Part shown: positions 49,421-58,450 of the stretch, piece by piece
How the letters are laid out: each line of letters opens with the position of its first letter
Position numbering within the stretch: position 1 is the stretch's first letter
Assembly (NCBI GenBank): GCA_033763455.1
Contig: JANRKO010000073.1
Span: 64,001 to 128,000, forward strand
DNA from: Polyangiaceae bacterium
GTDB taxonomy: Bacteria; Myxococcota_A; Polyangia; Polyangiales; Polyangiaceae
Length of the DNA stretch: 64,000 bases
Direction: 5' to 3'
Made by a program: the position numbers and the translations under genes
Notes under the pieces: generated by a model
Seen by the model: the letters and a program-made list of their open reading frames with translations, nothing else
Database searches by the model: none
Told to the model about the DNA's origin: nothing

Positions 49421-50569
49421 GTGGCTGTCTGTGGCGCGTGTAGGAGCATAATCACTGATGAGGCTGTCTTCTGCCCATTGTGCGGCGCAAAGCTGCCAGA
49501 AGTTGCACCCGCCGGACGTATCGGCACAGGCGTTGAGTTTGACCTAGAGGCTCTGGGTCGTGTGGTTGTGGGTGATCGGATCGGCGAAGGTGGGATGGGT
49601 GTCGTCTACCGGGCCACACTTCGCTACAACGGTGGCGTTTCACCCAGCGGAGTGGAAAATCATGCTGTTGCGGTGAAAGCCCTGCACCCGCTCTTGGCCG
49701 GAAGCACGAAGGCTCGGCGGCTCTTCATCGGCGAAGCGAACGCCTTGGCCATGCTTGCACACCCCAACATCGTGAAATTCTATGGGCTCGCTGAGTATGC
49801 AGGCCAATATGCGCTGGTAATGGAGCTGGTTGAAGGGCGCCCGTTGGATCATATCGTGCTAGAGCGTTCACTCAGTCACTCGTTGGGTGATAACCCGCAA
49901 GTGCCATTGGGAGAGGCCTGGCGCTACTTCGCCCAACTACTCGGAGCCCTGGCGTCCATCCATGCACTTGGGATTGTTCACCGCGACATCAAGCCCAATA
50001 ATATTCTGGTGCGTGCGGATGGTTTCGTGAAGCTCACCGACTTCGGTATTGCACGCCTCCCCGCTGATGCCGTCAGCACCACGGGCGGGCTCGCACCAGG
50101 CACAGGGGCGTACATGGCCCCAGAGCAAGTGCTGGCTCATCCGCTCGATGGCCGGGCTGATCTCTACAGTGCGGCCATCGTGCTCTACGAAATGCTCTCC
50201 GGTAAAACGCCGTTCGAGCACCCCGGCCGCAACGAGATCTTGTTGCGGTCCGCTCAGGTCGAAGAAGTGCCCCCACCTATTTGCCAGCTCCTCGGCTCAC
50301 TCCCGCCGGCCGCAGATGTGCTCTTCGCCCGCTCGCTCGCGAAGAACGCGAACCTCCGTTATCAATCGGCCCTGAAGTTGGGCGAGGCCGTCGCCAAGAC
50401 CTTCGGCTTGCCAGCATTGCCAGGCTGGGAGGCCCAACAATTGCTCGCAAAAAATGCCCAAGCCATCTCTCGTACAGGCAAAGTTCAGGCGCTGCCCGGA
50501 GAGGCCCAAGCGGAGGCCGAAGCGCTTCGAACCGCGGTGATGCGCGGTTTTGGGGCCGAGCCTCGTTGA
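49421..50569 (+). CDS. Ser/Thr protein kinase with N-terminal zinc ribbon
   Basis: CGAC..CPLC; GEGGMG, VAVK, HRDIKPNN, DFG, YMAPE, DLYS. Confidence 0.93.
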   Translation: MAVCGACRSIITDEAVFCPLCGAKLPEVAPAGRIGTGVEFDLEALGRVVVGDRIGEGGMGVVYRATLRYNGGVSPSGVENHAVAVKALHPLLAGSTKARRLFIGEANALAMLAHPNIVKFYGLAEYAGQYALVMELVEGRPLDHIVLERSLSHSLGDNPQVPLGEAWRYFAQLLGALASIHALGIVHRDIKPNNILVRADGFVKLTDFGIARLPADAVSTTGGLAPGTGAYMAPEQVLAHPLDGRADLYSAAIVLYEMLSGKTPFEHPGRNEILLRSAQVEEVPPPICQLLGSLPPAADVLFARSLAKNANLRYQSALKLGEAVAKTFGLPALPGWEAQQLLAKNAQAISRTGKVQALPGEAQAEAEALRTAVMRGFGAEPR

Positions 50570-50626
50570 CACGCTTCTCCTCCGCGTGCGAAAGGCACCC
50601 GGGTGGCTTGCACTTCCGGCGGTTTT

Positions 50627-52726
50627 TTGACGCGGTTTCGATGGTTGGGGTGGTTCTCGGGTTTTGCGGTGGTTCTGGGAGCCTCCGGGGCATACGCGCA
50701 ATCGGAGGCAGCACCCGCTCCTCCTCCCCCAGCCGATGCACCCGCGCCACCGAGCGCCGATGATGCAGCGGCTGCCCCCGTCGACCCAAGTGCCGAGGCC
50801 GCGCCCGCCGCTCCGCCTTCTGAGGCGCAACCCTCTGAGCCCACGCCTCCACAACCTGGCCCTGAAGCCGCTCCGCCCTCGGACAACCGGCTCAAGTTAA
50901 CGCCCTCGATGCCCGAAGCGGCAGACCGAGTTGCTACCCCGGACGAAGAAGCCGCGCCTCAGCCCAAGTCTCGGATATTTGCTGAAGATTGGTGGTCCCA
51001 TGCGCGGCCTATCTTTGAGCTTCACGGCAACTTCCGCGTCCGGGCTGAGCTATTCAATAAATTTGCTTTGAATCGGCACGACGCGCAGGCTTCGGCCATT
51101 TGGCCCCAGCCCGCGGACAACGTTTACACTCCGATTACCAGTGGTGAACCCGTCGGACCCGCCAAGTGCACACCAGATGAGGCCGGGACCGGTGGGGAAA
51201 CGAGCCCGAACACCCTCGTCCCCTGTAAAAACAACACCCAAGCAGGCGCCAATCTAAGATTCCGCCTCGCTCCTGAGCTTTTGATTTCGGACAATCTGCG
51301 CGTTCGTTCACAGATCGATCTGCTGGATAATTTGGTGCTCGGGAGCACGCCGGACAGCTACAGCGTGACACCTACCGGTTACGGTTATGCCGTGCGCTCT
51401 CCCGATGGGAACGTGGCGGGCAACGCTTCCCAAGCCACGACGGCAACGCCGCCAACCAGCGGTGTCAATAGCCTCTCCGACAGCATCGCCGTCAAGCGCG
51501 CATGGGCGGAGTACTCCACACCCGTTGGCGAAGTGCGGTTTGGTCGCATGCCGAACCAGTGGGGCCTCGGGATGCTCTACAATTCCGGCGACGGGTACGA
51601 CGACGACTACCAATCGACCGTCGACCGTATTCTTTTCTCAACCGAAGTCGCTCCCCTCGATCTCATGTTCGCCGGAGCCTGGGATTTTCCCAGTGAAGGC
51701 GCCACCAGCGCCAACTTGTCGAACGTAGGTGGCCAACCGTACGACGTGGCGCAGGCCGACGACGTGGATGAGCTAGTGTTCATGGTCGCGCGCAAGAAGA
51801 GCACCGAGCTAGAGCAGCTTGCACTCACACACGGAGAGCTCGTAGTGAACACGGGGTTGCGCTTGTCACGCCGTACGCAGCGCCTCACCGACGACCTCAG
51901 TGGGGCGGGCAACGGCAGCATTGCCGGCCCGGGCACGTGCCAGATGGGGGGAGCCGCTCTCGATTGCGCGCCCAGCACCCAACTCACCTTTGAACGGCGC
52001 GGGTTGAGCCTCTGGATCCCGGACGTGTGGGTTCAACTGCTATACAAGAAGTTCCGCTATGAGCTCGAATTCGCTGCGTTCCACGGCTCAGTAGAGAACG
52101 CCACGAACGGCGCTTCAGATTACGCCTCCGCCCCAGGCGGCAAAGGCTACAAGATCCGCCAATACGGTTTCGCCACAGAGCTTGAGCAGAAGTTAGTGGA
52201 AGACCGCTTGAAGCTCGGGTTCAACTTCGGCTGGGCCTCGGGGGATCCGGACGAAGAAGGTCTTGCCCCACCGCGCTCCGGAAGCGTCTCCCAAAACGGC
52301 GATGACACGTTTTCGACATTCCGCTTCAACCCTGCTTATCGCGTAGATCTCATCCTTAACCGCAACGTGCTCGGTCGAGTGCAGGGAACGTATTATTTCC
52401 GACCGTCGGTTTCGTACGATTTCATGCGCAACCCGAACGGCCAACGCCTCGGCGGTCAATTCGCGGCGATCTGGACGCGCGCGAGCGAGTTTATTCAAGC
52501 GCCTGGTAACGCCCGCGACCTCGGTATCGAATTGAACGGGTCGGTGATGTTCCAGTCCAAAGACGGCTCCCAGAACGACAAATCCGACGAGATGGGCGGC
52601 TTTTACTCGATGCTCCAATACGGGGTGCTTTTCCCCATGGGTGGCTTGGACCACCTGCCCCAGGAAAATGGCCCGGAGACGAACGCCGCCCAAATCCTAC
52701 GCCTCTATCTCGGCGTCCTATTCTGA
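50627..52726 (+). CDS. TIGR04551-like outer-membrane beta-barrel protein
   Basis: Signal peptide ending AYA, Pro/Ala linker, GNFRVRAELF, QIDLLDNLVLGSTP, FGRMPNQWGLG, FNPAYRVDLIL, terminal Phe (LYLGVLF). Confidence 0.75.
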   Translation: MTRFRWLGWFSGFAVVLGASGAYAQSEAAPAPPPPADAPAPPSADDAAAAPVDPSAEAAPAAPPSEAQPSEPTPPQPGPEAAPPSDNRLKLTPSMPEAADRVATPDEEAAPQPKSRIFAEDWWSHARPIFELHGNFRVRAELFNKFALNRHDAQASAIWPQPADNVYTPITSGEPVGPAKCTPDEAGTGGETSPNTLVPCKNNTQAGANLRFRLAPELLISDNLRVRSQIDLLDNLVLGSTPDSYSVTPTGYGYAVRSPDGNVAGNASQATTATPPTSGVNSLSDSIAVKRAWAEYSTPVGEVRFGRMPNQWGLGMLYNSGDGYDDDYQSTVDRILFSTEVAPLDLMFAGAWDFPSEGATSANLSNVGGQPYDVAQADDVDELVFMVARKKSTELEQLALTHGELVVNTGLRLSRRTQRLTDDLSGAGNGSIAGPGTCQMGGAALDCAPSTQLTFERRGLSLWIPDVWVQLLYKKFRYELEFAAFHGSVENATNGASDYASAPGGKGYKIRQYGFATELEQKLVEDRLKLGFNFGWASGDPDEEGLAPPRSGSVSQNGDDTFSTFRFNPAYRVDLILNRNVLGRVQGTYYFRPSVSYDFMRNPNGQRLGGQFAAIWTRASEFIQAPGNARDLGIELNGSVMFQSKDGSQNDKSDEMGGFYSMLQYGVLFPMGGLDHLPQENGPETNAAQILRLYLGVLF

Positions 52727-52813
52727 GCCGCGTTTTCCGCAGGAGCTCTGGCGTTCTTGCAGAAGCCATTCGCCCCCGAAGAACTCTTGCGTAAGGTTGC
52801 GCGGGCCCTAAAG
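52727..52813 (+). pseudogene. Remnant of a response-regulator receiver domain C-terminus
   Basis: Translates AAFSAGALAFLQKPFAPEELLRKVARALK (alpha4-beta5-alpha5 with KP); no upstream part is present. Confidence 0.6.
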
Positions 52814-52896
52814 CCGGCAAGCGCCTCTGTAAGGCGCAAAAGGCGTTCAAGGTCTAAAGAAGGGCGCCGTTCGGCGTCGTTGGAGGCCACTCGCCC

Positions 52897-54195
52897 ATGC
52901 CCGATCCCCCGAGTCAGCAACGGCCAAAGCCCGGAACCATTCTCGGCGGCAAATACGAGCTCACCCGAGAAATCGGTTCGGGTGGCGTAGGCGTGGTCTT
53001 TGAGGGGCTTCACATCGCATTTCAGAAACGCGTGGCGATAAAGATCCTGCGAAGCCAGTTCGCGACCGACATCGCCATGCGCGAAAGCTTCGCTGCGGAG
53101 GGGCGAGCCACGGCAGCTATCGCACACGCCAACGTGGTTAACATTTACGACATCGGGGAATGCCCCAATGGCGCGCCATATTTGGTCATGGAGTTGTTGT
53201 TGGGTGAAACAATCAGCGAGCTGCTCCAAAAGTCCGGCCCCTTCCCCATTGAGCTCGCAGCCGAGATCATTCTGCAAGCGCTCGCTGGCCTCGCCGCTTC
53301 TCACCGGCACGGGATCGTTCATCGCGACCTCAAATCAGCGAACATCATTGTTACCTATCCACGTCCCGAGCGTCCGCTCGTAAAGCTCGTCGATTTTGGA
53401 GTCGCGCAAAGCTCCGTTGATTTCCCAGAAGCCGGAGGCGCTGAGGCTCGCGTCTGGGGCACTCCCCTATACACGGCGCCTGAGCAGGCTCTGGGTGATC
53501 CCGTGGACGCTCGCACGGATCTGTTTTCGCTTGGAGTCATTCTGTACGAAATGTTGGCGGGGAAACCGCCCCATGTTGGCGACAACCCCACCCAAATCTT
53601 CGCTGCTATGTTCAAGCCGCAACGCACCAAGCTCTCAGAGCTAAACCCAGCTCTGCCAGTCGCGCTCTCCGACCTTGTGGAGCGCGCTCTCTCGGTCAAG
53701 CCAGAACAGCGCTTCCAAACCGCCGCGGAATTTGCAGAAGCCCTCGGTAATTTCGTTCCCGGCGCGCGTGGATTATCCCTCATTTCGCAAGTCTCCCCGA
53801 GCCTATTTGGCAGGCAAAAACGCGATCAACGGCGCTCCGGTATCTCCGGCGCCCCACTGGTTATCGAGCTTGATAGCGCACCGCCCCCGGGGCTCTTGAG
53901 GAGGCTCGCCTCGCTCAGCCCGCGGCTCACCGATTCACTCCTCACTTTCCCCAAGATCCCAAAGGCCCCCGCCGCACCTCGCATAGATCCCCGCGAAAGC
54001 TCAAAGGCTCCGGCTCAGCTCGAATTCGATCTTCCGAAGTTGAGCGATCAAAGCCTACTTCGTTCGGCACAAAAGAACTCTGACCAAGCCGCGCGTGCCA
54101 TTGAAAGATCTCGCCAGTGGACCACCACGATCATTGCCGCTGGGACCGGCTTCGGCGCAGGCCTACTATTAGCGCACTGGGCCGGGCTTATTTGA
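52897..54195 (+). CDS. Ser/Thr protein kinase with C-terminal membrane anchor
   Basis: [30 protein letters not shown]; hydrophobic C-terminus. Confidence 0.93.
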   Translation: MPDPPSQQRPKPGTILGGKYELTREIGSGGVGVVFEGLHIAFQKRVAIKILRSQFATDIAMRESFAAEGRATAAIAHANVVNIYDIGECPNGAPYLVMELLLGETISELLQKSGPFPIELAAEIILQALAGLAASHRHGIVHRDLKSANIIVTYPRPERPLVKLVDFGVAQSSVDFPEAGGAEARVWGTPLYTAPEQALGDPVDARTDLFSLGVILYEMLAGKPPHVGDNPTQIFAAMFKPQRTKLSELNPALPVALSDLVERALSVKPEQRFQTAAEFAEALGNFVPGARGLSLISQVSPSLFGRQKRDQRRSGISGAPLVIELDSAPPPGLLRRLASLSPRLTDSLLTFPKIPKAPAAPRIDPRESSKAPAQLEFDLPKLSDQSLLRSAQKNSDQAARAIERSRQWTTTIIAAGTGFGAGLLLAHWAGLI

Positions 54196-54735
54196 GGGAG
54201 CTCGCTTCTCGGCCTCACTGCGCTCAATGCTTTCTACAATGACGTGTTTGGCCTGATCCACATTGCCCCAACCGAGCGCCTTGACCCATTTTCGCTGCTC
54301 TAGGTCTTTGTAGTGCTCAAAGAAATGTTCGATCTGCTGGACGGTAATGTCAGGCAGATCGGTATAGTTCTTAACCTGATCGTAGCGCCGCGTGAGCCGG
54401 GGCACCGGCACCGCAATGATCTTCTCGTCCACGCCGGCTTCATCTTGCATTAAAAAGACGCCGATTGGTCGCACTGCAATCACAGCGCCCGGAACGATGG
54501 CTCGCTGGTTGGCGATCAAGACGTCGAGAGGGTCACCATCCCCCGAAAGCGTATGCGGAATGAACCCGTAGTTGCCGGGATAGCGCATCGACGTATAGAG
54601 AAAACGGTCCACCACCAAGGTGCCGGCCTCTTTGTCCATCTCGTATTTGATCGGTTCGCCCCCTACGGGCACCTCTACAATGACGTTGACTTCGTTCGGT
54701 GGCTCAGCCCCCACAGAAACTGCTTCGATTCTCAA
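54169..54735 (-). CDS. ppa: Family I inorganic pyrophosphatase
   Basis: [36 protein letters not shown]. Confidence 0.97.
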   Translation of the reverse strand: MRIEAVSVGAEPPNEVNVIVEVPVGGEPIKYEMDKEAGTLVVDRFLYTSMRYPGNYGFIPHTLSGDGDPLDVLIANQRAIVPGAVIAVRPIGVFLMQDEAGVDEKIIAVPVPRLTRRYDQVKNYTDLPDITVQQIEHFFEHYKDLEQRKWVKALGWGNVDQAKHVIVESIERSEAEKRAPSNKPGPVR

Positions 54736-54856
54736 TGGTAACTCCTTTTAACGAACGCTTTTGCCAGCGCCACCTAGCACAGCACAAGGCAGCCGCCGAG
54801 GACATCTCTGACGGATTTGACAGCGCGGCAGCTTGGGCGTAACCGAACCTATAGCC

Positions 54857-55735
54857 ATGCCCTTTGAAGTCAGCAGTCGAAAAATAGGCCCCGAAGATCC
54901 CGTTCCGTCCGCGAAAAACATTATCCTCGTGATGAGCGGTAAGGGTGGCGTCGGCAAAAGCACCGTAGCGTGCAACCTCGCCGTGGCCCTCACCCACCTC
55001 GGAGCCAAAGTCGGCCTTTTGGACGCCGATATGTATGGCCCCAGCATCCCCACCATGTTCGGGATCAACGAGCGCCCGATGACCAACGGGCAACGCATCC
55101 AGCCGCTGGAGCGCTTCTCTGTGAAGCTCATGAGCATCGGCTTCATGCTCGATGATCCGAAGAGCGCCGTAGTGTGGAGAGGTCCGATGCTTCACAGCGC
55201 CCTGTTGCAGTTCCTCAAAGATGTAGACTGGGGCCCATTGGATTTCCTGCTGCTCGATCTCCCTCCAGGCACTGGTGACATTGCGTTGACCCTTTCCCAG
55301 CGAGTTCAGAGCACTGGCTCCATAATCGTCACCACCCCGCAAGAGGTTGCCCTTCAAGATGTCTACAAGGCTGTCTCCATGAACGAGAAGGTCGGCATTC
55401 CGATCTTGGGAGTCGTGGAAAATGAGAGCTATTTCCTGTGCGACAAATGTGAAACAAGACATACGCTTTTTGGTGTGGGTGGAGGCCAAAAAGTGGCCGA
55501 TGCCGCCAAGGCGCCACTTATCGGGCAGATCCCCCTCGAGCCGAGCGTCGGAAAATGGGGCGACGCGGGGACTCCTGTTGTCGAAGCGAGCCCCAGTTCC
55601 CCCATCGCCCAGGCATTTCTCGCGGTTGCGGAACGGTTGACTGAACGGGTGAACCAGCACCACGAAAACGCCGCCGGCGGATTTTCGATCGACCGGAGCG
55701 GCGGAGTGAATCGCCACTTGCCCATTGCGCGCTAG
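54857..55735 (+). CDS. mrp: Mrp/NBP35 (ApbC) Fe-S cluster carrier ATPase
   Basis: SGKGGVGKST, DADMYGPS, WRGPM, DLPPGTGD, ENESYFLCDKC. Confidence 0.95.
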   Translation: MPFEVSSRKIGPEDPVPSAKNIILVMSGKGGVGKSTVACNLAVALTHLGAKVGLLDADMYGPSIPTMFGINERPMTNGQRIQPLERFSVKLMSIGFMLDDPKSAVVWRGPMLHSALLQFLKDVDWGPLDFLLLDLPPGTGDIALTLSQRVQSTGSIIVTTPQEVALQDVYKAVSMNEKVGIPILGVVENESYFLCDKCETRHTLFGVGGGQKVADAAKAPLIGQIPLEPSVGKWGDAGTPVVEASPSSPIAQAFLAVAERLTERVNQHHENAAGGFSIDRSGGVNRHLPIAR

Positions 55736-55845
55736 CGGATTGTGCCGGGGGAGGCTATGTTCGGCCCCCCTCGCGCAGAAGTGGTGTTGGCAGAGCGACC
55801 CATGCGCGATATAGGGCCCGCATCGAGCTTCCTTCAGGCGCTACA

Positions 55846-57579
55846 ATGACTTCTATCGAACACGTCGCCGATGAGAATTCGGTTTCCGATTCCGTAAATG
55901 CTGGCCCCCAACCCGGTGCCTCCGAGTTGAGCGCTGAAGCCCCCGAGCAAGTGAACGGCGGGGGGGCCGCACAAGGCTCGCACGATGCCGACGGCCCGGA
56001 AGCTGATGGCGAAGCTGGTGACACGGACGAAGGTCAGGCTGCTTCCGGCAACGGCGATCCTGGAGCACCGGGCACCGGTAAACGTAAGCGTCGGCGCAGA
56101 AAGAAGAAGCCCGGCGCAGCGGGGGCAGAGGCTCCTGCCGCGGCCGCGCCCGCGCGCGCCCCCAATCGTGGGAATCAGAAGCCCCAGCGCGTTATGGAGA
56201 GGCCTGCGTTCGGCGTGGGCGAAGAGGTTTTTGGCAAGGTCACGGCCGTGCTCGATACCGCCATCATGGTAGATCTCGCTGGCAAGGCTCTCGCCATTTT
56301 CGATCGCTCCGAAATGGAGCCAGATGATCTAGTGCCCGCGGTCGGTGATCGCCTGGTGGCACGTGTCCACCAAGATGGTGCCCGTGGTGGCCTCGTGGTG
56401 CTCACCCGAAAGCCCCTGCGCGAAGAAGAGATCAAGCCGGTCATCGAAAAGGCCTACAAGGAAGGCACCTTAGTCCACGGCCTGGTCACTGGCGTCATCA
56501 AGGGCGGCGTCGAGGTGGACATCAAAGGGCTCCGTGCGTTCGCGCCTGCCTCCGGGCTCGATCTCCATCCTTCGCACGCCAACTTCGCAGGGCTTGTTGG
56601 TCAGGTCTTAGATTTCAAGGTCATCCAGTTCGAGCACCACGGGCGGGATGTGGTGGTTACGCGTCGGCCGATGTTGGAGGCTGAAGCTCACGAGCGCCGC
56701 AAAGAAGCGCTAGGTACGCTCACAGAAGGGCAAGTTCTGCGCGGCGTGGTTCGCACCGTGGTGGAATGGGGCGCTTTCGTTGCGCTGCCAGGCGCCGAGA
56801 ACCTCGAAGGGCTCGTGCACGTTTCCGAAGCCAGCCACGATCCACGTGCGGCGCTTGCGGATATTCTGAAGCCTGGGGATAGCTTCGACGTCAAGATCTT
56901 ACGAGTAGACGAACGTGGCAAGCTTTGGCTGAGCCGAAAAGCGCTCATGGCGGATCCTTGGGCGGAGGCCCGAGCCAAATACGCCGTGCGCACCAAACAC
57001 ACCGCGAAAGTTACGCGTGTAGAACCTTTTGGCGTTAGCTGTTCGTTGGATTCCGACATCGAAGGGTTCATCCACATTTCTGATCTTTCGCTCACCCGCG
57101 TGGAAGATCCCGCCACGATCGCCAAGGTAGGCGATGAGCTTGAAGTCGTGGTCGTGAACTTTGATTTCGAGAATCGACGCGTGGGCCTTCACCCCGCGCC
57201 GAAACCGGAACACGCCGACGAAGCGCCGCAGAAGGTCAGCAAAAATGGCGCGCTCAAGGTGGAAGTCGTCAAAGGCGAGCCCGGGGGCCTCACGGTCCGC
57301 GTTCTCGGAGCCACCGGCCGTTTCGCTCGCGGCTTCATTCCCGCCGGCCAGACAGGCACCGCTCGGGGCACGGACCTTCGAAAAACTTTCAAGGTTGGCC
57401 AGGTGCTAGACACCAAAGTGGTCGATCTCGATCGGCGCGGCGAGGTCAAGCTGAGCATCCAAGGCCTCAAAGAAGACGAGGAGCGCAAGGCCGCCCGCGA
57501 CTACCGGCAGAAGCTCAAGGCCGAGAGCGGCTTCGGAACCCTTGGCGATCTGTTGAAAAAGCGCCTCGGTCAGTCCTGA
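55846..57579 (+). CDS. Multi-S1-domain RNA-binding protein (ribosomal protein S1-like) with disordered N-terminus
   Basis: About five S1 repeats (RAFAPAS, EGLVHVSE, EGFIHISDL, GFIPAG); C-terminal GFGTLGDLLK. Confidence 0.85.
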   Translation: MTSIEHVADENSVSDSVNAGPQPGASELSAEAPEQVNGGGAAQGSHDADGPEADGEAGDTDEGQAASGNGDPGAPGTGKRKRRRRKKKPGAAGAEAPAAAAPARAPNRGNQKPQRVMERPAFGVGEEVFGKVTAVLDTAIMVDLAGKALAIFDRSEMEPDDLVPAVGDRLVARVHQDGARGGLVVLTRKPLREEEIKPVIEKAYKEGTLVHGLVTGVIKGGVEVDIKGLRAFAPASGLDLHPSHANFAGLVGQVLDFKVIQFEHHGRDVVVTRRPMLEAEAHERRKEALGTLTEGQVLRGVVRTVVEWGAFVALPGAENLEGLVHVSEASHDPRAALADILKPGDSFDVKILRVDERGKLWLSRKALMADPWAEARAKYAVRTKHTAKVTRVEPFGVSCSLDSDIEGFIHISDLSLTRVEDPATIAKVGDELEVVVVNFDFENRRVGLHPAPKPEHADEAPQKVSKNGALKVEVVKGEPGGLTVRVLGATGRFARGFIPAGQTGTARGTDLRKTFKVGQVLDTKVVDLDRRGEVKLSIQGLKEDEERKAARDYRQKLKAESGFGTLGDLLKKRLGQS

Positions 57580-57581
57580 AA

Positions 57582-57608
57582 CGCCAAAGTGCCATAGCGC
57601 ACTTGGCG
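57582..57608 (+). terminator. Stem-loop after the S1-domain gene
   Basis: CGCCAA(A)GTGC-catagc-GCACTTGGCG; no U-tract. Confidence 0.35.
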
Positions 57609-57853
57609 AGCCCTACCCGCCCATTCGCTGACTCGCTCTGAACCTGGAGCGGCCAGCTCGGAGCGCAGGCAGGGCGTTCCACTGCCAAGGGATCAAGCTG
57701 GGCGTTGTCGAAGGGTTTGTGTTCGACTATGTTCCAGCCCACGCTGAAAGACTGCGTGTGGGTCGCCCCTTTCGCCTGACGCCCGGTGAGGTTCCACCTG
57801 GATTCGGGGCGAAGAGGGCGCTCTGCCCAGCGGCGAGCTTGGATCCGGAACGC

Positions 57854-58450
57854 ATGGCAGAAAGCACAGATCGAGAGCTGGTCGACGCCGCCCGAGGGGG
57901 CGACACTAAAGCCTTCGGCGAAATCGTCAAACGCTACCAACGGCGTCTCTACCGAGTTGTGGTGCATATGGTGCGCAACGAGGCCGAAGCCGAGGAGGTT
58001 ACCCAAGAGTGCTTCTTTCGAGCGTACAACGCCCTCGATCGTTTTGACGGCAGGAGCGAGCCCTTCACCTGGATGTATCGCATTGCCGTTAATCTATCCC
58101 TCAATATGTTACGCGCGCGTAAGCCGCGCGGCCAGGCGACACCCCTGGATGATCCGCGGGTCGAAGGTGCCCTCGTCGAAAGGCGCCCAGCCTTAACAGA
58201 CCCGCTGGCTCAAAACGTCGACCGTGAGCTTGCGGTGGCGCTCGCTGCCGGCATGGATAACCTCAGCGAAACGCTGCGGGTCACTTTAATTCTCGTGGCC
58301 ATCGATGGCCTAAGCCACACCGAAGCCTCCGCGGTGCTCGGGTGCCCGGAGGGGACGATTGCCTGGCGCGTGCACGAGGCCAGAAAACAACTCAAAGGCT
58401 TTCTCGAGGCAAAAGGCCACGAGCTTACCGGAACGCGGGGCGATCGATGA
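57854..58450 (+). CDS. ECF sigma factor (sigma70 group 4)
   Basis: DRELVDAARGGDTKAF, AEEVTQECF, FTWMYRIAVN, LGCPEGTIAWRVHEARK. Confidence 0.95.
   Translation: MAESTDRELVDAARGGDTKAFGEIVKRYQRRLYRVVVHMVRNEAEAEEVTQECFFRAYNALDRFDGRSEPFTWMYRIAVNLSLNMLRARKPRGQATPLDDPRVEGALVERRPALTDPLAQNVDRELAVALAAGMDNLSETLRVTLILVAIDGLSHTEASAVLGCPEGTIAWRVHEARKQLKGFLEAKGHELTGTRGDR

Noticed and set aside
52724..52726. Selenocysteine or stop readthrough at the barrel gene TGA
   Set aside because: The protein ends in a canonical terminal Phe and no SECIS-like hairpin was recognised.
54704..55717. 337-aa minus-strand ORF
   Set aside because: Antisense shadow of the Mrp gene.
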